Of a stretch of 64,000 nt of DNA, positions 48,291 through 57,916 are shown piece by piece. The position numbers and the translations under genes are program-made. Origin of the DNA: Candidatus Poribacteria bacterium (GTDB lineage Bacteria; Poribacteria; WGA-4E; WGA-3G); NCBI GenBank assembly GCA_958295945.1, contig OY282386.1:1303371-1367370 (forward strand). The letters are read 5' to 3'. Under the pieces are notes generated by a model that worked only from the letters and a program-made list of their open reading frames with translations, made no database searches and was not told where the DNA came from. Position 1 is the first letter of the stretch, and each line of letters opens with the position of its first letter.

Positions 48291-50348
48291 ATGAATTTTT
48301 TGTCTCCCACCTCCCTATTCCTATTTGGTCTGGCAATCCCGATCATCGCGCTGTATATTCTTAAACTGCGCCGACGACGTGAACCTGTCTCCACCTTGAT
48401 GTTCTGGGAACAACTCTTCAAAGAGAGACAAACCACATCGCTATTTCAAAGACTGAAACATCTGCTGTCGTTATTGTTACAACTGCTGTTTCTCGCGCTT
48501 TTAGTACTTGCCATTGCAAGACCACAATTCGCATTTATTACCAAGTCTGCAAGACAATTGATCCTAATTATTGATAACTCCGCGAGCATGAATGCTGCGC
48601 TGAAACTTGATCCCGATAATCCTTCTTCTGAAACACGTTTGGATTCTACTAAGGAACAGGCATTACAGTTAGTCCAAGGACTCCGATTTATGGACGAAAT
48701 GACTGTCATTAGTAATCATAAACAACCAACAATTCGGACACCATTTACAAGCCACCAGAAAACACTGAGAGAAGCAATTGAATCTATTGACCCGACCGAT
48801 ATTAGAACAGACCTAAAGCCAGCAGTCGATTTAGCGTATACAATCGCTGAAACAAAGCCGAACCCAGAAATCGTAATAATGAGCGATTTTCATGCAGTTT
48901 CAGAAAAGACAATAACACTATTTCAAGATACGCAGTCAGAAAGCCAACCGTCTGAAGAAGAACAGGAAAGTGTAGAGAAACCTAAACTTCACCTGATTAG
49001 GATAGGTGAAGATAACGATAACGTCGGTATCACACAGTTTCGAGTGCGGAAAAGCATTGTAAATGTCTTTGATTACGAAACGTTGTTGACCGTTGTGAAT
49101 GCTTCCGATGAAGAAAAGAAATGTAGTGTTGAACTATATTTCAACGACAGTCTCTTTGATGTGCGTCCCTACACACTTGCCCCCGGTGAGAAAAAATCTG
49201 AAATCTTCAGCAATTTCGCATTTGAAGGTGGGGAATTGAAAGCGGTTTTGGACACTACTGATGCTTTATTATCGGATAATGTTGCGTATGCTACCTTGCC
49301 GAAACGCAAGCAGATCTCTGTTTTATTAGTTACAGAGGAAAATCCGTTTTTAGAAAAAGTGCTCTCGGTTGACGAAGAACTTAATCTGAATGTTATGAAT
49401 CCATCGGAATATGAATCTTCTCCAAAAACTGCACAGGTGGTTATCTTTGACAGATACAGTCCGACGAATATAGGGGATGGCAATTTTATGTTTATCTATC
49501 CACCTAAATCAGAAAATACAACAGAGGAGGATGTGCAAGACACTGCGTTAACTTGGGACATAGGAGAAGCACTTGATACACCAATCATTACAGATTGGGA
49601 ACGGACACATCCGATATTACAGCACGTCCATCTGGAGAACGTGCTAATCGGAGAAGCATATCAGATTACACCTCCATCAACTGCACAGATTTTAGCGCGT
49701 TCGTTTGAATCTCCTGTACTATTCATTGATGTTGCACAGAACCGAAAGGTTGTTTTTGTTGCAATCAACATCCTGCAGTCCGATCTGCCATTGCGTATTG
49801 CATTCCCTGTTATCATAGCAAATACGATTCAGTGGTTTCAACACGACCAAGGCATACAGGAATATCACCTGCAGACAGGAGAAGTGTTAAGATATAAGTT
49901 TGATTCGGATTATCCAACTATCACAGAGACTGAACAAGTAGAAGAATCTCCCACTGGAAATTCGCAACAAACCTTGATGATTACTGGTCCAGGAGACAAA
50001 TCGTGGGAAATTCCTATTGAAAACGATGAGATGCTGTTTGATCACACACAACAGGCTGGGTTTTACAAGGTTACAGACTCAGATACTACAATTATCAGTG
50101 ATGCTGATGAGCAAAATACCAACGAAGAAGAGACGGAAGAACCGAAGCAGTTGTGGGCAGTCAATATCGCAAGCGAAACTGAATCACATATTGGGATAAC
50201 CGATGAAATTGAAGATATGTTAACGGATTCTGAGGTATTGATCGGTAGTTCTTTCTTCCGTTATCCGCCTTGGATCTATTTAATTTTGTTGGCAGTAGGA
50301 TTAACCGTTGTGGAGTGGTTCCTGTATCAACGGAGAAGAATTGAATAA
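48291..50348 (+). CDS. BatA-like aerotolerance-operon protein (N-terminal double-TM BatA domain plus a vWA-like region)
   Basis: N-terminus MNFLSPTSLFLFGLAIPIIALYILKLRRRR. vWA-like LILIIDNSASM. C-terminal TM segment. Confidence 0.7.
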   Translation: MNFLSPTSLFLFGLAIPIIALYILKLRRRREPVSTLMFWEQLFKERQTTSLFQRLKHLLSLLLQLLFLALLVLAIARPQFAFITKSARQLILIIDNSASMNAALKLDPDNPSSETRLDSTKEQALQLVQGLRFMDEMTVISNHKQPTIRTPFTSHQKTLREAIESIDPTDIRTDLKPAVDLAYTIAETKPNPEIVIMSDFHAVSEKTITLFQDTQSESQPSEEEQESVEKPKLHLIRIGEDNDNVGITQFRVRKSIVNVFDYETLLTVVNASDEEKKCSVELYFNDSLFDVRPYTLAPGEKKSEIFSNFAFEGGELKAVLDTTDALLSDNVAYATLPKRKQISVLLVTEENPFLEKVLSVDEELNLNVMNPSEYESSPKTAQVVIFDRYSPTNIGDGNFMFIYPPKSENTTEEDVQDTALTWDIGEALDTPIITDWERTHPILQHVHLENVLIGEAYQITPPSTAQILARSFESPVLFIDVAQNRKVVFVAINILQSDLPLRIAFPVIIANTIQWFQHDQGIQEYHLQTGEVLRYKFDSDYPTITETEQVEESPTGNSQQTLMITGPGDKSWEIPIENDEMLFDHTQQAGFYKVTDSDTTIISDADEQNTNEEETEEPKQLWAVNIASETESHIGITDEIEDMLTDSEVLIGSSFFRYPPWIYLILLAVGLTVVEWFLYQRRRIE

Positions 50349-50368
50349 GCGAGATTTTGATGTCTAAG

Positions 50369-50450
50369 CTGCTACTATATGCAAGTTGACTTGACAAATA
50401 GTGCTACTATATGCAAATAGACTTGACACATAGTCCCACTATTTGATACC
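50369..50450 (+). promoter_or_regulatory. 2.5 tandem copies of a 33-bp repeat (GCTACTATATGCAAnTnGACTTGACAnATAGT), each containing a TTGACA -35-like hexamer
   Basis: Read directly. Sits immediately upstream of the ATPase gene, which lacks an obvious RBS. Confidence 0.45.
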
Positions 50451-50458
50451 ATAGAAGT

Positions 50459-51604
50459 ATGGTAAACAGAAAATTTTGGCTAAATCAAATAGAAAATGCA
50501 TGGGAACGTCGGTCGGTCGTGTGGCTGTCAGGAGTCCGTCGCGTTGGAAAAACGTGCTTGTGTCAGACATTGCCTGATATTGAGTATTTTGACTGTGAAC
50601 TACCACGTGTCAGACGATTGATGGAGGCCCCACAAGAATTTCTTGACAGTATTGAAAGTGAGAGGATTGTACTTGATGAAATCCATCGGCTACCGAACCC
50701 ATCTGAATTATTAAAGATTGCAGCTGATCACTATCCACAAATTAAAATAATAGCAACAGGTTCTTCAACACTCGGGGCAAGTGCAAAATTCCGGGACACA
50801 CTCGCTGGACGTAAGACAGAATTATGGTTAACACCCATAATGATGGACGACTTAAATGATTTCAATCAATCCAACATACAGCATCGCTTATTACACGGTG
50901 GACTACCTCCGTTTTTTCTTGAGGCTGAATACCCAGAAAACGACTATCAAGAGTGGATTGATGCATATTGGGCGAAGGATATACAAGAACTCTTTAGGCT
51001 TGAACGCCGATATTCGTTTCAAAAATTTACTGAGCTGCTCATGTTACAGAGTGGCGGGATATTTGAGGCAACCAAGTTTGCTGCACCTTGTGAGGTGAGT
51101 CGTGGGACAATATCAAACTATCTGTCTATTTTAGAGGCAACTTTTGTTGTTCACATCATTAGACCGTTCAGCTCGCGTCGTTCATCAGAAATAGTTTCTG
51201 CACCAAAAGTCTATGGATTTGATACTGGATTTGTTTGCTACTATCAAGGATGGACACAACTACGGCAGGATGACCTTGGATTACTTTGGGAACATTATGT
51301 TCTAAACGAAATTATGGCACATATTCAATCGCGTGAGATACAATATTGGCGTGACAAAAGAGGGCATGAGGTAGATTTCGTTCTCACACGCTCTCGTCAA
51401 ATGCCTATAGTCGTTGAATGTAAGTGGTCTGCAACGGGATTTTCGCCTCGTCAACTCCTTGCATTCCGTAGACAATATCCTGAAGGATCGAATTTTGTGG
51501 TGGCACATGATGTAGATAGACCCTATACGAAAACGTATAACGGTATCACGGTTAATTTTCTTAATCTGAATACTTTGATTACAGAAATAACTAACAATAC
51601 GTAG
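50459..51604 (+). CDS. AAA_14 / DUF4143-family ATP-binding protein
   Basis: Walker A GVRRVGKT. Walker B IVLDEIH. C-terminal DUF4143-like region. Architecture common in mobile contexts. Confidence 0.7.
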   Translation: MVNRKFWLNQIENAWERRSVVWLSGVRRVGKTCLCQTLPDIEYFDCELPRVRRLMEAPQEFLDSIESERIVLDEIHRLPNPSELLKIAADHYPQIKIIATGSSTLGASAKFRDTLAGRKTELWLTPIMMDDLNDFNQSNIQHRLLHGGLPPFFLEAEYPENDYQEWIDAYWAKDIQELFRLERRYSFQKFTELLMLQSGGIFEATKFAAPCEVSRGTISNYLSILEATFVVHIIRPFSSRRSSEIVSAPKVYGFDTGFVCYYQGWTQLRQDDLGLLWEHYVLNEIMAHIQSREIQYWRDKRGHEVDFVLTRSRQMPIVVECKWSATGFSPRQLLAFRRQYPEGSNFVVAHDVDRPYTKTYNGITVNFLNLNTLITEITNNT

Positions 51605-51614
51605 GTAAATATGT

Positions 51615-52166
51615 ATGTATAAACAGATGCTAAAAGTTATTGGCGTAGTGATACTTTCATATTTAGTTTTGTCATTGATAGTCAAATATGCAATTACTCC
51701 ATCAACACAATTGAAGGTAAACGGACAAACGGTAGATGAACGGATACAACACATTCAAGAACAAATCGAATACTACAAGTTAGTCACTGAAACTATGGAT
51801 ATATCCTCAAAATCTATGGCAGCTTTCAATGCAATTGATTTGCGCCACCAAGAAGAAACTGTAGATTTTATTCCTTTGACTGAGACAATAAACAAGACAA
51901 TCAAAAAATTGAAGCAGGTGATAGAAAATGATACAGAAACGATTGAACTGTCTAATGAAGATGAAGGATACCTAAAATCATTGGTAGATTCACATACCAA
52001 GTTGAAGGAAAAACTGATAGAATTAAAACAGAATATGGAGAATATAAATACGCAAATTCAAACACTACTTATTGACAGACAAAATACTACCACATCAACT
52101 ATACCTATACAATCAATAAATTGTATGAAGCTTTTGAGAAAGTATCCGAAACAAAAGGTTCAATAA
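51615..52166 (+). CDS. hypothetical membrane-anchored coiled-coil protein (183 aa), AT-rich
   Basis: ORF with N-terminal TM segment. Visually low GC. Confidence 0.4.
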   Translation: MYKQMLKVIGVVILSYLVLSLIVKYAITPSTQLKVNGQTVDERIQHIQEQIEYYKLVTETMDISSKSMAAFNAIDLRHQEETVDFIPLTETINKTIKKLKQVIENDTETIELSNEDEGYLKSLVDSHTKLKEKLIELKQNMENINTQIQTLLIDRQNTTTSTIPIQSINCMKLLRKYPKQKVQ

Positions 52167-52381
52167 GCTCAATTTTTGGCAATACACTAAACATATTTCA
52201 ATCAATTACTCGTATGACTCTTATGCAACAAAATTGGGAAATGCAGATTGATTTCAGTATGAAAAGGGTTGTAGGTGGGATAGTATTTTGCTGTCTATTG
52301 TCAATTGGAATGGTCTTTCTTGTTATGAAACCAAGAAGGTTTTCTATGAAACAGTTTTATGCTAAGGATTCATTGGAATAA
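52121..52381 (+). CDS. hypothetical small protein (86 aa), doubtful
   Basis: ORF only. Overlaps the previous gene. C-terminal TM segment. Confidence 0.2.
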   Translation: MYEAFEKVSETKGSISSIFGNTLNIFQSITRMTLMQQNWEMQIDFSMKRVVGGIVFCCLLSIGMVFLVMKPRRFSMKQFYAKDSLE

Positions 52382-52495
52382 TGGATTAAATTTAATTGAG
52401 ACTTATCACACGTACCCAAACTATAGAGAGATTTGAAAAAGACAATTAGATCCAATATGCAACTTCGTATGACAATCTTAATGATTGGAGAATAA

Positions 52496-53419
52496 ATGTT
52501 AGAAACAACGGACGCATTACAAGTTGACATCAATGATTTGTCAAAACTCAAACCTTTAAGGATTGGAGATATTCTGGATGGAACATTTAGTCTTTACAGA
52601 AACCATATTACGCTGTTCTTGGGTGTTGCTTCAGTCTACCTTATTGCAATTGTAATAGAATATTCTATAAAAGGATTTCTCTCAAATTCCAATCTATCAA
52701 AGATACTCGCATCACTTATATCTTTACCGTTCGCTGTCCTAAGTATGGGTGGGATTGTTGTCGCTGCAGCCACAATATATCTTGGTGGTGAAATCACAAG
52801 TAGTACTGCTCTAAAACAGACATTTCGCAGGTTATGGACATTGGTATTTTGCCATCTATTATGGCGGATGGTTCAGGTGATACCACTCATATTTATCGTT
52901 TTATCCATTACTTCTGTAATACGAACAGGGACATGGGCACTGCCTATAATGACTGCTATTATCTGTATCCCTATTATAATTTATTTTTCTGTGCGTTGGA
53001 TTTTCTATGTTGAAACTGTCATAATAGAGAAATGTTCTGTTGGGGAAGCCCTGAGACGCAGCAGTGAACTCGTTCAAGAAAATTGGTGGAAAGTCTTTGG
53101 TATTATTTGCTTGATTCTAATATCAAGTTATGCGGTTAAGTACATCCTTGAGAATTCCCTCGGTCTTGTGTTAATATCTGCAAATTTGGCTGGCGGTACG
53201 GATTTGATATCACTCATTAAATGGTCAATTTTTGATAATGTTCTTGATACTAAAAGTTATCCATTTTACGTCATTATGACATGCGCTCAAATGGTTTTAA
53301 AGGCACTCGTCGCACCAATATGGATTATCGGCGTGACACTATTATACTTTGATCGTAGGATACGAAAAGAAGGGCATGATATTCAACTAACCGCAAACAA
53401 TCCTGACATTTTTGTCTAA
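52496..53419 (+). CDS. polytopic membrane protein (307 aa), Bat-operon associated
   Basis: GGAGA RBS. About 7 hydrophobic segments. Confidence 0.55.
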   Translation: MLETTDALQVDINDLSKLKPLRIGDILDGTFSLYRNHITLFLGVASVYLIAIVIEYSIKGFLSNSNLSKILASLISLPFAVLSMGGIVVAAATIYLGGEITSSTALKQTFRRLWTLVFCHLLWRMVQVIPLIFIVLSITSVIRTGTWALPIMTAIICIPIIIYFSVRWIFYVETVIIEKCSVGEALRRSSELVQENWWKVFGIICLILISSYAVKYILENSLGLVLISANLAGGTDLISLIKWSIFDNVLDTKSYPFYVIMTCAQMVLKALVAPIWIIGVTLLYFDRRIRKEGHDIQLTANNPDIFV

Positions 53420-53437
53420 AACTTATATGACAACATT

Positions 53438-56017
53438 ATGGAAATAACACGTCCTTTATTACTGCTACTGCTACTATTATTGCCGGTTCTATACTACGGA
53501 TTTCGGCGCAGTCTTGTGGATCTGTCTCGTACACAAAGAATAATTAGTTTGTGTGTAAGAGTGGTTATTCTTCTATTGTTGATATTGAGTGTCGCAGATT
53601 TTCAATATCTGAAAACTGATGACAAACTCGCTGTAATGTTCCTGACAGATATTTCTGATAGTATTTCAGACGATGGTTTGAAGAATGCAACCGATTTTGT
53701 CAACGAAGCGATAGAAGCAAGTGAAGGAAATCAACAAACGGGAATTATAGCGTTTACAGAAAAAGCAGAAATCCTAAAGTCCAATGAAGGTAATGAGCAA
53801 ACAGAATCAGATGGTAAATTAGATCTCTCTGAAATTAAGAATAACTGGTTGGAAGCAGATGAGGATGCTGGTGACACAACAAACATCGCACAAGCAATTG
53901 AAACTGCATGGAGTGTTTTTCCTGCCAATGCAAACAAACGGATAGTACTGATTACGGATGGTTTAGAAACACAGGGAGATGTTGTTCACACTGCACTTCG
54001 TGGGAAAGAGTTTGATATACAGATTGACACGGTTCCCATTTATCCGAGTGATTCACCAGAGGTGATGGTACAGCGAATTGATGCACCTGCTCAAGTCAAA
54101 CAAGGGGCACCGTTCAGTTTAGAAGTGATTGTACATAGCAACCATGAAGATATTGCAGAAATCCGTCTCTATAAGAACAAATTCGAGGCATCCAAAAAAG
54201 AGGTGCGTCTTGTTGAAGGCGAAAATCGTGTTTTATTTACGCAAACACATGAAGATAGTGGTACATTGACGTATGATGCGACCATCCGAACAACACAGGA
54301 TACTCGCTACGATAACAACAAAGCACTCGGTATCGTTTCTGTTTCTGGTCAACCGAAAATATTACTTATAGATGAGAACGAATCGCAAACCCGATATTTG
54401 ATGCGAGCACTTGAAGATGCAAAGATACGGGTTGATGTCCGTAACGGCTTAGGTGTTCCCGATGAATTGGCTGACCTTCAAAACTATGAACTGATTATTT
54501 TCAGTGATGTGCCAGCAAATCGTTTGACCGAGAAACAGATGGAACTTATCCGAACTTATGTGCAAGACCTTGGTGGTGGCTTTATGATGCTCGGAAGTGA
54601 GAATAGTTATGGATTAGGTGGCTACTACAAGACGCCGATTGAGGAGGTCCTACCTGTCCGAACAGATACCGAAAAGAAAAAAGAGACGCCATCGTTAGCA
54701 ATGGTTTTGGTAATTGACAAATCTGGCAGTATGGGTGGAATCAAGATTGAATTAGCAAAAGAAGCTGCTCGCGCAACCGTAGAACTGCTCGGTCCGCGCG
54801 ATAAAATCGGTGTCATCGCTTTTGACGGTTCACCGTTCTGGATTACCGAGATGCACGATGCATCAGATAAACAATTTATCTCAAATCAGGTCGGTTCAAT
54901 TACAGCAAGTGGTGGCACAAATCTCTATCCTGCACTTCAACAAGCATATTACGCTTTGACAGAAACAACGGCAAAGTTAAAGCATGTCATCGTTCTCAGC
55001 GATGGGCATTCGCAAGGTGGTGATTGGTATGGTATCGCTAATTCTATGCACTCAGAACGGATTACAATATCCACTGTCGGTATCGGTAGCGGAGCAGACA
55101 TGAATCTGTTGGGCAACCTCGCACAATGGGGTGGTGGACGCGAGTATTTTACACAAGACCCGTATAATGTCCCACAGATTTTTGCTAAGGAGACCGTCAC
55201 CGCATCACAATCTGCAATCATAGATACACCATTCATCCCACAACGTATCAAACCAACTCAAGTGTTGAGTGGTATAGACCTTGAACTTGCACCTTTCCTA
55301 CTTGGATATGTTGCCACCCAACCACGTCCCACTGCTGAGATTTTCCTTGTCTCTGACCGCGGAGACCCGATACTTGCAAGTTGGCAATACGGCTTGGGAA
55401 AATCTGTCGCATTCACCTCCGATGCGAAAGCACGATGGGCAACGGATTGGTTAGAATGGGCAGGTTACGGTAAGTTCTGGACGCAACTTGTGCGTGATAC
55501 GATGCGGAAGACAACGCTCAGCAATTTCCAAGCAGCAATCTCTAAAGAGAAAGGGGTGGCACATCTGGCGATTGATGCACTGAGTGAAACAGGACAATTT
55601 TTGAATGAATTGGACAGTCAAATTTCGCTCATTGGTCCAGACCTAAAAAAGAAAGAACTATCTATCTCACAGACATCACCAGGACGGTATGAACTTGAGT
55701 TTCCGACAGCAGAGGTAGGTCCCTATTTCTTAAACATCACACAAAAACAGGCAGGAGAAATCGTCAACACACAAGTTGCCGGCACAGTTGTCTCATATCC
55801 TGAAGAGTATCTCGTTCACAATGTGAATGATGCACTCCTTACACAGATCTCCAATGTGTCGGGTGGAAAATTCAATATCACAGCTGAAGAAGCATTTCGT
55901 GCCCCAGAAAATCCGGTAACACTACGGATTCACCTATGGAGACCATTTCTTATTACTGCCATTATTCTATTGCTCATTGACATTGCGTTGCGACGCATTG
56001 ATATGAGACGTTCCTAA
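53438..56017 (+). CDS. vWA-domain protein with BatA-type N-terminal TM segments and a C-terminal TM anchor (BatB-like)
   Basis: vWA MIDAS LVIDKSGSMGG ... ASGGTNLYPAL ... VIVLSDGHS. N-terminus PLLLLLLLLLPVLYYGFRR. Confidence 0.75.
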   Translation: MEITRPLLLLLLLLLPVLYYGFRRSLVDLSRTQRIISLCVRVVILLLLILSVADFQYLKTDDKLAVMFLTDISDSISDDGLKNATDFVNEAIEASEGNQQTGIIAFTEKAEILKSNEGNEQTESDGKLDLSEIKNNWLEADEDAGDTTNIAQAIETAWSVFPANANKRIVLITDGLETQGDVVHTALRGKEFDIQIDTVPIYPSDSPEVMVQRIDAPAQVKQGAPFSLEVIVHSNHEDIAEIRLYKNKFEASKKEVRLVEGENRVLFTQTHEDSGTLTYDATIRTTQDTRYDNNKALGIVSVSGQPKILLIDENESQTRYLMRALEDAKIRVDVRNGLGVPDELADLQNYELIIFSDVPANRLTEKQMELIRTYVQDLGGGFMMLGSENSYGLGGYYKTPIEEVLPVRTDTEKKKETPSLAMVLVIDKSGSMGGIKIELAKEAARATVELLGPRDKIGVIAFDGSPFWITEMHDASDKQFISNQVGSITASGGTNLYPALQQAYYALTETTAKLKHVIVLSDGHSQGGDWYGIANSMHSERITISTVGIGSGADMNLLGNLAQWGGGREYFTQDPYNVPQIFAKETVTASQSAIIDTPFIPQRIKPTQVLSGIDLELAPFLLGYVATQPRPTAEIFLVSDRGDPILASWQYGLGKSVAFTSDAKARWATDWLEWAGYGKFWTQLVRDTMRKTTLSNFQAAISKEKGVAHLAIDALSETGQFLNELDSQISLIGPDLKKKELSISQTSPGRYELEFPTAEVGPYFLNITQKQAGEIVNTQVAGTVVSYPEEYLVHNVNDALLTQISNVSGGKFNITAEEAFRAPENPVTLRIHLWRPFLITAIILLLIDIALRRIDMRRS

Positions 56018-56128
56018 AACCTTTCTATTACATCAATAACGCTATTCCAAAGATTAAGTTTAATCCACTATGTAGTATATGCTATACTTAACCCTAAGGA
56101 CATAACATCAAACTGTTGAGGTTACATT

Positions 56129-57442
56129 ATGAGCATTACACAATTCACAATGGAAGAGGTGCGGTGTTTCGGTGAACGTCAAACACTTGAAATTCGTCCT
56201 CTAACCTTTTTGGTGGGTGAGAATAGCACTGGGAAAACGACTGCACTCGCATGTTTCTATGTATTGGCAAATTATCTGCGAAATGGAGATTTGGATTTTA
56301 ATTCGGATCCTTATACATTAGGCACTTTTAAGGATATTGTTAGAAACAGTAACATAAAAGAGAAAAACTTCAAACTTGGATTTACTAGTAGAAATAACAA
56401 TGAAGATGTCCAAGTAACAGTTGAATTTGTAGAAAAAAAAGGAAGTATTGAACCGACTGCAAGTTCATTAAGAATGAAATTCGTTGATGGTGAAATCAAT
56501 CTTGAAACAGAAGGACAGAGAGATTTATCAGTTCATTTAGTCTCTTATGATGTGCATCAAAATCAATATAATCTAATCTGCGGTTCTGATGCTTTAAGTT
56601 CCCCTTATTTTCGATTACTCTCACTTGCTTTTAAAGGAAAATCTGATGGAGAAACTGCTTTAAACGAATATATGCATAAAAAGGGTCAACATATAGGAAT
56701 ATGCGATTATCAACCTTGGGACACATTTTGTGGTTTTTCGGTAAATAGTAGTTCTCCAATTAGGTCACGACCTAAACGCACCTACGATCCGGCACGCGAA
56801 TTTAACGATCCAGAAGGCAGTGATGTTCCGATGATGCTAATGCGATTGGCGGTTACCAGAAAAAAAGAATGGGAGAAACTAAAACAACAACTCATAGAGT
56901 TTGGAATAAGTTCCGGGCTTTTTCAAGACATAAAGATAAAGAACTTTAGCGGTTCCCTTGGTGGACCATTCCAACTGCAATTCAAGGTAAAGGGACCTAC
57001 TAAGAATATCGTAGATGTTGGCTATGGAATTAGTCAAATACTTCCGCTCTTAGTACAAGTATTATATCCAAGTCTTGCCCAATATAGTGAAAGTAAACCC
57101 ATACCCCCAAGTTATTCCTTACTCCAACAACCAGAGGTGCACCTACATCCAAGGGCTCAAGCGGAATTTACTACTTTATTGACAAGATTGACAAAACAGG
57201 GAAATCAGTCATTCATTATTGAAACACACAGCGACTATATGATAGACCGTGCACGTATTGAGATCAGAAAAGGAAACATCAAACCTGAAGATGTGTCTCT
57301 GGTTTACTTTGAACCGAAGAGAAATATTGTTAATGTGCATAATATTGGGTTTGATGAAATGGGTAACCTTGACGGTGCTCCTTCACATTATCGTGATTTT
57401 TTCCTCAAAGAATCTAAACGACTGATGGGTTTTGAGGATTAA
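56129..57442 (+). CDS. AAA_21 / DUF3696-type ABC-like ATPase (OLD / PtuA / AriA-like superfamily, no fused nuclease)
   Basis: N-terminal Walker A FLVGENSTGKTT. C-terminal LLQQPEVHLHPRAQAEF ... SFIIETHSDYMIDRA (signature/D-loop/H-loop-like). AT-rich. Confidence 0.8.
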   Translation: MSITQFTMEEVRCFGERQTLEIRPLTFLVGENSTGKTTALACFYVLANYLRNGDLDFNSDPYTLGTFKDIVRNSNIKEKNFKLGFTSRNNNEDVQVTVEFVEKKGSIEPTASSLRMKFVDGEINLETEGQRDLSVHLVSYDVHQNQYNLICGSDALSSPYFRLLSLAFKGKSDGETALNEYMHKKGQHIGICDYQPWDTFCGFSVNSSSPIRSRPKRTYDPAREFNDPEGSDVPMMLMRLAVTRKKEWEKLKQQLIEFGISSGLFQDIKIKNFSGSLGGPFQLQFKVKGPTKNIVDVGYGISQILPLLVQVLYPSLAQYSESKPIPPSYSLLQQPEVHLHPRAQAEFTTLLTRLTKQGNQSFIIETHSDYMIDRARIEIRKGNIKPEDVSLVYFEPKRNIVNVHNIGFDEMGNLDGAPSHYRDFFLKESKRLMGFED

Positions 57443-57445
57443 TAT

Positions 57446-57874
57446 ATGTGCGCGATATTGGATGCAAATACGTTTCATAAATTCAAGGATCCTTCCAATG
57501 AAGATATGAAACCCGTTTGGAAATGGTTAGAGAACAAAAATGGCAAAATAATCTATACGAGTACCAAGAAATTTGAGGAAGAATGGTATAAAGGAGGAAT
57601 GGATCCCATCAGAGAACAACTCATGCGTTCTGGTCAACTTAAATTGGTATCACAAGACGTGCAAGAAAAAGCAGACGAACTGAAAGATGAAATAAGATCT
57701 AATGATGAACACATTATAGCATTGGCTATAATAGCTCAAGTAAAAATTCTAATTTCATATAGAGAGGGGGACAGTGATTTGTTCAATGATTTTAAGAATC
57801 GTAATTTGGTTCACGGTAAAGTATACACCAGAAAAGAGCATCAGCGTTTGCTAACTAAAGACACTTGTCCCTAA
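57446..57874 (+). CDS. PIN-like nuclease-domain protein (142 aa), partner of the ATPase
   Basis: AILDANTF (first Asp). Central EEE. DEHIIALAIIAQVKILISYREGDSDLFNDF resembles the VapC D-x2-IAA-A ... T-x-D-x-DF C-terminal motif. GAGGA RBS. Only 3-nt gap after the ATPase. Confidence 0.5.
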   Translation: MCAILDANTFHKFKDPSNEDMKPVWKWLENKNGKIIYTSTKKFEEEWYKGGMDPIREQLMRSGQLKLVSQDVQEKADELKDEIRSNDEHIIALAIIAQVKILISYREGDSDLFNDFKNRNLVHGKVYTRKEHQRLLTKDTCP

Positions 57875-57916
57875 CTGAAAATGTAAGTTCAAGAATCGGA
57901 TTTAATGGAGCGAGAC

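Noticed and set aside
50369-50450. Possible CRISPR array
   Set aside because: Only 2.5 direct tandem copies of a 33-bp unit with no unique spacers between them. The units contain TTGACA -35-like boxes, so they are more plausibly promoter or operator repeats. No CRISPR-like repeat-spacer structure occurs anywhere in the window
53438-53500. Poly-Leu run (LLLLLLLLL) as a low-complexity artefact or frameshift
   Set aside because: Consistent with the hydrophobic N-terminal helix typical of BatA-type N-terminal domains. The frame continues cleanly
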